A stretch of 64,000 nt of DNA. Origin: Eledone cirrhosa. Taxonomy: Eukaryota. The notes under the pieces are model-generated. The model made no database searches and was not told the DNA's origin. It saw only the letters and a program-made list of their open reading frames with translations. The translations under genes were made by a program, and so were the position numbers. Below are positions 54,591-64,000 of this stretch, one piece after another (positions within the stretch are counted from its first letter, which is position 1; each line of letters begins with the position of its first letter). Location: NCBI GenBank assembly GCA_964016885.1, contig OZ024743.1, positions 252,340,001 to 252,404,000 on the forward strand, in the 5' to 3' direction.

Positions 54591-54840
54591 TATATGTGTG
54601 TGTGTATTTATATGTATGTGTATGTAGATGTGTGTGTGTGTGTGCATGTATGTGTGGACACACACACACACACATATAAACATTTTTCATACCAGTGTAA
54701 TAATATTATTCCTTTGATACTGACTGGTTTCCAAAAGGTTAACTTTGATGTCAGAGAATATAGACAGTTTTGTGTGGAAATGTATGTAACATTTCACAGC
54801 TAAACAGTCTTATCAATACCTTTCATTCTTTTTGATCCTC

Positions 54841-55240
54841 CATCATCATTATCACCATCATCGTTTAACTTCCATTTTCTACGCTAGCAAGTATAGGACA
54901 TGCCATCCCATAGTGAGACAACAAGGTCTGAGGACCATGTTTTGCTCACACAGAACAGATTTTGGCTTGGTTCTGCTTTTCCTAATGCCAACCACATTTA
55001 CATTGTGTACAGTGTGCTTTTTGTCATCACATCTATATGAGCACTTTACAGTGTGGTCTGGGCATTTATAGTCCTGGCTTCAGGATGACCACATTATGGT
55101 GTGGATTGAGGACTTGGGTAGGGGAGATGTATAGGGAATTGGGGAGGTAGATATAGAGTAATGGTGATTGCAGTGAGGGTGGTGTAAAGGGAGGGAAGTT
55201 GGTGCATTCTAGATGTATGCCTAAGCTTGCTTCTATTTTG
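54841..55240 (-). mobile_element. Older 5'-truncated RTE-type 3' end or RTE-dependent SINE
   Basis: 'catcatcattatcaccatcatcgtttaac...ttttctacgctagca' and 'ttcctaatgccaaccacatttaca..gtg' parallel the RTE 3' UTR at 51037-51210 ('catcatcaacgtttaacgtccgtgttccacgcttgca', 'ttcctaacaccaaccacatttacagtgtg'). Confidence 0.7.
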
Positions 55241-55378
55241 ATTTCTTGGCACTTGCTTACATAACAAACATTACCCATAAACATAACCACCTCCACTCAG
55301 TTCTTCCTCAGTCTTCTGCTGCAACTTCCATCGACTGGGTTTTCTTAGCACTTCTTTATACCCAGTCATCATCGTACC

Positions 55379-55418
<40 letters not shown>

Positions 55419-55433
55419 AATATATATAATCTT

Positions 55434-55610
55434 CATAATCATCGTTTTACCTTCGTTTTTTCCACTCTTGAATGGTTGGATGGGTCCTATCTATTCAGCA
55501 GAATATCCCTCCACTCAATACATTCAATTGTCATCTCCGCTTTAACCCTCATCAATTTGAGATCAGCTCTTACAACCTCTGCCCAGATCTTCCGGTGCCT
55601 GCCTCAACTA
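55434..55610 (-). mobile_element. Very degenerate RTE-type 3' tail fragment
   Basis: 'cataatcatcgttttacc...ttttcca..cttgaatggttggatggg' resembles the RTE terminus 'catcaacgtttaacg...ttccacgcttgcatgggtttggacggg' and sits next to a (TA)n(CA)n run. Confidence 0.45.
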
Positions 55611-55649
55611 TAATAACTTTGATTAAGTGTCGCTGGAGATATTATTATA

Positions 55650-56035
55650 TTTATGCATTCAGAAGGCAATGACAAAAATGACATAATCCGTTATAACAAA
55701 AATTCCCTTTTATTTGTGGTACAAATATGGAATCGAAAATAACAAGAGTTTTGAGCAAGTCTTCACATCGTGTTGGCTGCATATTCCAGTGGAGATGTGA
55801 AAGGATGTGGCATATCAAATGTCGGACGTCTTAAAGCTGGTCGTTCAGTGAACTCTGTGTCTCTCTGCCTGTCAGCCAACTGTGTCCCTGGTCCAAGTAG
55901 TCCCGCAACTTGTCTCGATCCGTTGAGGGCCCTGATTGGCTACTTCAGCCAATTCACCTCTGTGACACCATTCTTCCGCCAAGGGAAAATACATAATAAT
56001 TCTGAGGAAAATACATAATAATTCTGTTCACTACA
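55650..56035 (-). repeat. 3' LTR of Gypsy element A
   Basis: The minus strand starts TGTAGTGAAC right after the purine-rich tract AAACGGAGGGTAC (56036-56048). AATAAA on minus at ~55708. Internal ~21-bp duplication 'ggaaaatacataataattctg'. The left boundary is inferred from a ...TAAA end like those of B and C; no partner LTR in the window. Confidence 0.6.
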
Positions 56036-56452
56036 GTACCCTCCGTTTAGATCGAAGATCGATATCAATACATGAGTAGTGCTAAATATGCAATATGTCT
56101 ACATGACATCAAACAATAAAAAATCATCGGGTATACCGAGAAAAGATACATGCATGAATACAACCAAGAAAAATGAAACATAACATAATTGAACAAGCAA
56201 AAGTAATTGTTTACATAAGAGTCAAAAGTTTGAACAATATCACAGTTCATATATAAATTGTTTTACTCAATCTCCTAGGCCAATGCACTGTACGACCACT
56301 ATGAGTCCTTGTAACACATGATGTTGAAGGTAATGAAGGTGTGTGTGATGTTGTGGGTGAGTATGCTTGTGAAGGTTCAACATGCAATGTATTGTATGTG
56401 TGTGGGGGGGGGGGTGTATGGGGGTTCAACTGGTGGAGCGTCTGTAAAGGCC

Positions 56453-56942
56453 TTTAGGAGATTAGTATCGGTGTACATATATGCATTATCAGAAATGACA
56501 ATAAATGCTGGTGTGTTGTGACAAGGTTTTACTTCACAGAAGTCAAATGGATTAATATAAATAAATGGTTAACCGTTGGTCACAACTCCTAGGCTGAAGT
56601 GTGTGGAGAAGAACAGAGATCTTCTCTTGGAGGTGTTAACATCTTCTTAGGCTGCTGGTGGCATTCTTCTTGAGTGGCGAAGGAAATGAGGGAGGAATTC
56701 TTCTTCTTGATGGCGAAGGAAATGAGAGAGGAGTCATCTCATGACAAGGTCACAGGTGTTGTTAGCACTTTGGGATTCAGGAGGCGAGAGAGTGAGATCG
56801 CCCTGACCTGTCCCTTTTATAGGGTCTCTGGACGGAAGTGACAAAGAGGGTTCTGCCACCCCAACGGGAAGTAACTCCAGCTACTTCCTGTCTAGAGAGC
56901 GGTGATGTGATTGTCATAACAAGGGAGGCAACTCTTGCTACA
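56453..56942 (-). repeat. 3' LTR of element B (490 bp)
   Basis: Near-identical to 60551-61025. Minus-strand termini TGTAG...CCTAAA; TATAAAA on minus at ~56815-56821; internal ~37-bp duplication. Confidence 0.96.
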
Positions 56943-58139
56943 TTATCCCCTGCCAGATTTTTAAAACATAAAAATCGAATGAAACATGTATGGAGTAATA
57001 TGGCGAGCATGTTACAGGCATGAAAATTACGAAAAAAAAGTGTTTGCAATAAAAGGAAAATAGCAAAATATATGCATGCAAAAATCAATGATAGATATCA
57101 AAGTAGCCAACCGCTCTTGGCCAGAGAACTATCTATCCATCACTCAAAGATCCAATGTAATCAAAGTAAAAGAAGAGGTCAAAGTTCAAATGTTCCAAAT
57201 ACAGTTCACAGGTGTGCAATCACATGACTGCAGGAAAGAAAGTGTGTTCCAGAGAATGAATGCAGGTGGTTTTTGGTCTGTGGTATAACGTGAAATTTCC
57301 AACCTCCGAAGAGATTTTCTCACAGGAAGAGTGCTGCAAAAATAAATTCTCTGGCTTGATCTGCTGGTTTTGGTTGTTGATGAAGCTGTGTTGCTGTTGA
57401 TGTTGTTGTCTCGCGGAGTGAGCGTATTCGATGTTTAAATTCACAGTAAAAATTTTCCCTAAAAAAATGAGTTGCGCAAAGTGCTAGAAATAACAGCCAA
57501 AGTTGATGGTCGATGTTGAGAATGCGTTGACATGGAAAGGTCAAGAGGCCAGCGACCAAAGAAATAAGCATTCTGAATAAATGCGCAGTTTTCAACGGCA
57601 AATTCACGTGGTAAATTTTTAAACCGACAAATAGGAGAATATAGAATCCTTGGCGAGAAACATTATCCATGGCGTGTGGTATCTCAGTGAGTCGAGATGT
57701 GTGCTGCCTACACGTGCTGAAACAAGGTTAAGTTGAAAAAAAAAAAATATCTATTGCGCGAGAAAATGGCGCGAAAATGATAGTGCAACAGGTCGTTGGC
57801 AGCCATTTTGAAAAATGTGTGTGTGAACGTGACAATATGATGAAAAAGAAAGAAAGGCTTCACTTAGTATAACAAATATGGCGAGTTCAACTTTTTGTGA
57901 ACGATGAAAAATGCTTGGCGGAAAGAATAAGCAATAGTTGAGATTCAGCGAAAATAAGTGTTCATGTTGAAATGTGTAAAAAAAAAAATCAAATTTCTTC
58001 TTTTTTTTTTAAATGTTCGTTGTAAGAAGAAACGAAAAACATTATATACATCCAGTGAAACGGTAATGAGAGGTACATAGTAATACAATAAAGAAATTTT
58101 AAAAAAAATAATAATAATAAGGCTCCAGTGGCCAGTTTA

Positions 58140-60550
58140 CATGAAAACAGTTTGGCAGAACTTTTTGGGCCAGTGGACTCTCCGACCGGAACGGGTCGTG
58201 GTCTTGTATGTAGGTGAAGGTGAGGCAGAAGGAGTAGGTGTATGCACAAGAGAGAAAGATTGGGTATTTGTGGCTCGGGTGTATGAGCGTCATTGTGTGC
58301 CCTTTTCAGTCTATCCACCGAAATTGTCTCTCTGGACTCCTTAACGTCTACAGTGAAATGTTTGTCAGTATGTGCTAACACACAGTAGGGTCCAGAGTAT
58401 GGTTGTGTGAGGGGTGGTCTCACAGCATCGTTCCTTACGAACACATGGGTCCACGAGGCATTATCCCTCGGGACCGCAGGTTTTACAGTTTGTTTCCTCG
58501 TATCCATCGGCGGCAGGTCCTGAAAATAAGAACGCAGACGGGATACGTAGGAAAGCGGATCTTGGAAAGCAAGATCAACAGGGGCAAGCATTTGCCCAGG
58601 CAACGCTAGAGGAGCACCGTAAAGTAATTCGGCCGGGGAGAACCCCAGGTCCTCCTTTATTGATGACCGAATTCCTAACAACACAATAGGAAGGTACTCG
58701 CTCCAACGTTGAGAGTCTGGATAGGCGCGAAGAGCGGCATTTAATTGGTGGTATCGTTCCACAATTCCGTTTGAAGCAGGATGATAGGCTGTGGTCCGAA
58801 TCCGTTGAGCTCCAATTATCTTTGTGAGCTCAGAGAATTGATGGGACTCGAATTGTCTACCACGGTCTGTGGTGACTGTAGTTGGTACCCAAAGCGGCTA
58901 ATCCACCTTATTACCAGGGCACGTGCTACAGTCTCAGCAGTCATATCTTGTAAGGGGATGGCTTCAAGCCATCGCGAAAAACGATCGTCACAGGTCAATA
59001 TGTATGAATATCCACTGCTGAATGGCCAAGGTCCAACGAGGTCAATGTGTATGTGCTGAAACCGAGCATCAGGAGTACTGAAAGTACCAAGTGGAGTCCG
59101 GATGTGTCTATGGATTTTCGATTTCTGGCAAGCGATGCAGGAATGGCACCAATCAGCAAAGTCGCGCCTCATATTTGGCCAGAAGAATCTGGCTGTTATG
59201 AGCTTTACTGTCGCAGCAGATCCTGGGTGAGAAATGTTGTGCAAAGCCAGGAACACAATTCGACGGTGAGTCTCAAGAACAAGTGGTCGTGGTGAATCCG
59301 TAGATACATCACATAGAATCTGCCTGTCGGTGGTGGACAAAGGCAGATATTTGAAAATGCAAGTCGCAAATTCAGCAGAAAGAGTGTCCAACGATTGGGG
59401 TGCAGGTTGGTCTGCAGCTAAACGACCTAAGTCGATCTCCTGGGATGACGAGATGGAGCTGATTGGCAAACGTGACAATGCGCCTGCAGCTATGTTATGC
59501 GAGCCAGCAATGTGCTGGATATCGTTCGTAAATTGTGAAACGTAGTCCAGGTGCCTTGTCTCTCTCGGCTTTAGCCCTCAAAGCGAAGGTCAACGGTTTG
59601 TGGTCGGTAAAAACTATAAAATTTCTCCCCTCAAGGATATGAGAGAAATGTTTCACCGACAGATATATGGCTAATAATTCCCGCCCAAACGTGCTATAAC
59701 GCGTTTCTGCTGGTTTCAGCTTCCTCGAGAAAAATGCCAAAGGTCGTTAGTTTTCAGCGTAGAACTGCTCCCATAGCGGTATCAGATGCATCAACACAAA
59801 GCGAAAGCTTGGCCTCTGGTACCGGGTGGGCTAGCAAAGATGAACTAGCGAGTGCTGTCTTGGCAGTCTGGAAGTTTGAAGCTGTCCTTGTGTCAAGGAA
59901 ATATCCGCATTCTTCTTACGACGATTTTTTTAAATGTCAGTAAGGGAAGATAGCAAATTAGCACAATGAGGAACGAAACACCTATAGAAATTGATTAGCC
60001 CTAATAATTGACGCAACTGGTGTAGTGTAGTAGGCGGAGGTAACTCCTGTATGGCTTGAACTCTCTGATCGAGCGGCCTAATACCTTCGGCGTCGATGAG
60101 GTGGCCTAAAAATTTAGGGAAGTGGAACCGAAAACGTACTTTGCTGGATTCACACGAACGCGGTAATCCTGAAGTTGCCGAAATAAGAGATGCATGTGGC
60201 GCATATGTTCTTCCGGATAGGAACTAGCGACGAGAATATCGTCTATGTAAGCATAAACGAAGTCCAGACCACGAGTGACCTCGTCTATGAACCGCTGAAA
60301 AGTGCTAGCGGCGTTCCTGAGTCCGAAAGGCATGGTCAAACATTCGAAGGATCCGAAAGGGGTTGTAATCGCCGTTTTCGGAATATCCTCCTTCCTGACC
60401 GAAATTTGGTGGTAGGCTCGCACTAAATCTAGCTTTGAAAAAATCTTACACCCCTGCAGTGAAGATGCAAAATCCTGGAGATGGGAAATGGGATACCTAT
60501 CCGGGACGGTCATGGCATTTAACCTCCTATAATCCCCAGTGGGTCTCCAC
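58140..60550 (-). pseudogene. Gypsy pol of element B (RT, RNase H, integrase), multiply frameshifted
   Basis: [49 protein letters not shown]; AFFSRKL...ELLAIY...FTDHKPL; HNISHPG...CIACQ, HIDLVGP, ERYH, GPY..SVDRLK. Confidence 0.93.
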
Positions 60551-61025
60551 TTTAGGAGATTAGTATCGGTGTACATATATGCATTATCAGAAATGATAAT
60601 AAATGCCGGTGTGTTGTGACAAGGTTTTACTTCACAGAAGTCAAATGGATTAATATAAATAAATGGTTACCCTAGGCTGAAGTGTGTGGAGAAGAACAGA
60701 GATCTTCTCTTGGAGGTGTTAACATCTTCTTAGGCTGCCGGTGGCATTCTTCTTGAGTGGCGAAGGAAATGAGGGAGGAATTCTTCTTCTTGATGGCGAA
60801 GTAAATGAGAGAGGAGTCATCTCATGACAAGGTCGCAGGTGTTGTTAACACTTTGGGATTCAGGAGGCGAGAGAGTAAGATCGCCCTGACCTGTCCCTTT
60901 TATAGGGTCTCCGGACGGAAGTGACAAAAAGGGTTCTGCCACCCCAACGGGAAGTAACTCCAGCTACTTCCTGTCTAGAGAGCGGTGATGTGATTGTCAT
61001 AACAAGGGAGGCAACTCTTGCTACA
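60551..61025 (-). repeat. 5' LTR of element B (475 bp)
   Basis: Differs from the 3' LTR by one net 15-bp indel and about 9 substitutions (counted by eye). Confidence 0.96.
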
Positions 61026-62714
61026 GGCCTGTTTAATCCTATCTACAGAAACTGTGTTTCTTACCACAAACGTCTATGGTAAAATGTTTGCCGTTTTTGC
61101 TAGGACACGGTAGAGTCCTGTATAGGGTGGCACAAGTGGTCCTTTCACTGAGTCTTTACGTAGAAAAACGTGAGTCCAAGAAGTAATGTTTTTAGGAACC
61201 GAAGATTTAATCGTCTGTTGACGTGTTCCCATAGGCGTAAGATCGTGGAAATTTGATCGCAAACGGTTAATATATAACGTAGGATCTTCCAGCGATGCGT
61301 CGACTGGGACTAACATCTGTCCCGGCAAGGATAAAGGTGTTCCGTACAGCAATTCCGCTGGGGAATATCCGAGATCCTCCCTGACCACCGCGCGACAGCC
61401 AAGAAGAACTATTGGTAGATATTCACTCTAGTTTTGCTGGTCGGGATAAGCACGCAATGCTGCTTTTAATTGTCGATGAAAGCGTTCTATCATGCCATTT
61501 GACGCCGGATGGTAACTAATAGATCGTTCTACCGATTCTGCTGAAATCTCTTCGACTGGAATGACTTCAGGCCAACGTGTAAAACGGTCGATACACGTAA
61601 GAAGGTATGTATATCCATGACTGACCGGCCAAGGTCCAACTAGGTCGATATGAATATGGTCAAAGCGGGCATCAGGAGCGTTGAATGTGCCCAGCGGTGC
61701 TCGAATGTGTTTGTGGACCTTAGACTTCTGGCAAGGTATGCAGGAACGAGACCATGCAGTGATATCTCGTCTCATATTTGGTCAAAAGAATCTAGCCGTA
61801 ATGAGTTTCACTGATGAATGGATTCCAGGGTGTGAGAGGCTGTGTAACGTGTCGAAAACTGTTCGCTGATGAAGTTCCCGAACGACGGGTCGAAGTGAAT
61901 CAGTCGATATGTCACACAGGATGCTTGTGTCAGAATTGTGTACAGGTAACTGTTTGAATTTGCACGTTGCAAATTCGGTTGCAGATAAATCCAAATCGTC
62001 CAAAGCAGGCTGGTCAGCAGCGAGCAAACGTAGATCAATATCAGTTTTTGTCGATAGTGAGTTGACAGGTAAACGAGATAATGCATCTGCCGCTAAATTC
62101 TGTGATCCAGAAATATGGCGTATATCACTAGTGAATTGTGATACATAATCTAAATGTCGAGTTTCACGTGGCGAGTATTTTTCGGGTTTCGCTTTGAGAG
62201 CAAATGTCAAAGGACGATGGTCCGTGAAAATCGTAAACTGGCGTCCTTCCAACGAATGCTGGAAGTGTTTGATTGCCAAGTACATCGTTAACAGTTCTCT
62301 GCCGAAAGTACCGTATCGGGTTTCAGCGGGTTTAAGCTGTTTTGAGAAATATGCAAGTGGTTGCATCTTCTGGTTGTAGTACTGTTGCAAAACTGCACCT
62401 ACTGCTGTGTCTGATGCATCACCGACCAGTGAAAACTGGGCATCAGGCACAGGATATGCAAACAGGGTGACATCAGCTAATTCCTGTTTAACTCTGGAAT
62501 AAGCTTCGAGTTGAGCAGGGTCTAAAGAAATAGGTTCGTTTTTCTTTTTTCAATTCCACAACAGTTCAGAAAGAGGTGCTATGCGCTCAGCACAATGTGG
62601 AATAAATCGAAGGTAATAATTTAGCAGTCCCAAGAACTGACGTAATGATGTAGGATGAGGTAATTCCTGAAGAACTTTCACTTTATCTGGTGGAGGTGAT
62701 ATGCCTGTAGGACT
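61026..62714 (-). pseudogene. Gypsy pol remnant of element A (RT C-terminus, RNase H, integrase with internal core deletion)
   Basis: ORFs 62550-62732, 61782-62450, 61428-61775 and 61074-61388. 'SAESVERSISYHPASNG' lacks the WISRFG...TDRG segment that element B retains. Confidence 0.9.
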
Positions 62715-62979
62715 TGTAGCGACTAGCGCCACATTGCCCGGGGAGAAAAAACTAATTGGAGTTACTTCCCGTTGAATTCTAGAAGATCCCTTGAACTTCC
62801 GGTCTAGGGATTATAAAGGAGGGAGAAAAGAGACATCTTAGCTTATTTGGCGACCGGCTCTCGTACAGTTCACTCACGAGCGTGTGTGTTAACCTTATTA
62901 TATCTGTATCGAATTTAATTAGTGGTTGGCCTGCAGTGGCGTTTACCAAAGTAAATAACCCTGTGACCAATTCACTAAA
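62715..62979 (+). repeat. 5' LTR of element C (~265 bp)
   Basis: Starts TGTAGCG; TATA-like 'ttataaa' at ~62811; AGTAAA at ~62950; ends cactaaa just before the PBS. Confidence 0.75.
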
Positions 62980-62980
62980 G

Positions 62981-62991
62981 TAGTGACCCCG
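62981..62991 (+). promoter_or_regulatory. Primer binding site, tRNA-Trp type
   Basis: TAGTGACCCCG matches TGGTGACCCCG, the complement of the eukaryotic tRNA-Trp 3' end, at 10 of 11 positions. It lies 1 nt after the LTR. Confidence 0.75.
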
Positions 62992-63054
62992 TTTCAACAT
63001 AATTTCTACCGACGTTTTGAAAAAGAAAATCATCTCTCTCGACCAAATTTCATC

Positions 63055-63770
63055 ATGAGTAACACATCGTTACCAGCGTATTCTGGCGATGCCAAATTGT
63101 GGTTCGCCCAGCTTGATGCGTATTTTGCGGTCAACGGAGTACAGGAAAAACAGCAAAAATTAAACGTGCTAATCAGCGGAATTCCAGCTTCACTAGCGAT
63201 TACAGTAAAAGATATAATCAAGAACCCTCCCCAAGGCGTTTCCTACGAGTCTTTGAAGACAGAGGTACTGCGTAGGAACTGTAGGTCATCTGAGAGTAAA
63301 TTTCGTTCCTTATTAGAGGATGAAAATCTGGGGGACAGTACTCCTACAGAGTTTTTACGACGTATCCGTGAACTCAGTGATGCTGCACCCGAAGACAGTT
63401 CCTTCGTAAAAAAGTTATTCTTCTCCTGTTTGCCAACTAATGTGAAAACCATATTAGCGAATACGGTTGACACCAGTTCGATAGAACAAATTGCTGCCTC
63501 TGCAGACAGAATTATGGAATTTTCTAGAGAACCTACCTCGGCTGATTCGGTCATTGCCTCTTCTGCTTTCAAAACCCAGCCTGCTTCACCTCGTGAGGAC
63601 TCAATGTTGAGAGCCATTGACGCGCTAACTAGGCAAGTAGCTAAACTATGTAGAGATCGAACGCCATCTAGACGGCGTTCACGAAGTCGGTCTTCTTCCT
63701 TTCACCGTCGCGCCAACCTCCCCGCCAACAACTCGTCTTTGTGTTGGTATTACATGCGTATTACATGCGT
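63055..63770 (+). pseudogene. gag: Gag of element C, truncated within the C-terminal CHCC-type knuckle
   Basis: ATG at 63055. LPAY..DAKLWFAQLDAYF, LGDSTPTEFLRRIREL, LFFSCLP, ADRIME, SRRRSRSRS and LCWY are the CsRn1-type gag pattern. Confidence 0.85.
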
Positions 63771-63803
63771 TTTCGCTCGTCCACTAAAAAAAAAGCACAA
63801 AAC

Positions 63804-64000
63804 GATAGACTAAAAAAAGCACAAAACGAGTTCGAGCATATGCTCCAGCTCGTTCTTATACGACCATCCATCAGCCCACGGGCACCTCCGCTTCACTTGG
63901 CTCGTAAGGGTGAAGCGGATTTTAGGCCTGTGGGAGATTATCGACGACTTAATGCCATCACCACGCCGGACCGTTATCCTCTACCAAATTTACAGGATTT
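63804..64000 (+). pseudogene. RT N-terminus of element C
   Basis: DRLKKAQNEFEHMLQL..IRPS.SP.APPLHL.RK....[26 protein letters not shown]. Confidence 0.9.

Larger units (their letters stand above)
56453..61025 (-). mobile_element. Gypsy element B (CsRn1-like): two LTRs, 4-bp TSD GGCC, gag and protease absent
   Basis: Paired LTRs at 56453-56942 and 60551-61025, with GGCC at 56449-56452 and 61026-61029. PPT 'GGCAGGGGATAA' on minus at 56943-56954. Pol domains run RT-RH-IN. Confidence 0.95.
55650..62714 (-). mobile_element. Gypsy element A (CsRn1-like). Oldest of the nest, interrupted by elements B and C; its 5' part lies beyond the window
   Basis: Pol remnants at 61026-62714 (RT end, RNase H DAS..GAVLQQ / FTDHRPL, integrase HPG...CxxCQ, HIDLVGP, YHPASNG). 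The integrase tail (RTHSGRTVHWPRRL) is at 56247-56452, with a PPT and 3' LTR to its left. Removing B and one GGCC restores the frame VDRIKQ-A-FTDAPP. Confidence 0.88.
62715..64000 (+). mobile_element. Gypsy element C (CsRn1-like), inserted in opposite orientation into pol of A; runs off the window
   Basis: Pol of A stops abruptly at 62714. It is followed by LTR TGTAG...CTAAA, a PBS, gag and the RT N-terminus. Confidence 0.9.

Noticed and set aside
54535-54690. N-terminal extension of the 419-aa endonuclease ORF
   Set aside because: It reads through the (CA)n/(TA)n flank; the plausible start is the ATG at 54534.

Overview
Eukaryotic, repeat-saturated DNA with no recognisable host gene. The long (TA)n/(GA)n/(TAG)n microsatellites, RTE LINEs with (GAT)n tails and SINE remnants suggest a mollusc, probably a cephalopod (inference only). 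About 73% of the window (3731-50190) is one tandem array of a 48-bp monomer, roughly 960-970 copies by length/48, with layered multi-kb internal duplications. Hand translation of both flanks on the minus strand shows that the array sits inside a decayed Penelope-like retroelement (PLE). RT motifs lie at 50191-50990, and the Cys-rich linker plus GIY-YIG endonuclease lie at about 3040-3730. The monomer (MKNVSNMCDPKELERH) appears to be 16 codons of that element's RT-thumb region, amplified in place. To the right are a near full-length, inactivated RTE LINE (51036-54590, minus) with a PHD-like finger, two older RTE-type 3' fragments, and three nested CsRn1-like Ty3/Gypsy LTR elements (55650-64000), two of which carry internal deletions that look microhomology-mediated. 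All family assignments rest on motif recognition by eye; no database search was run.
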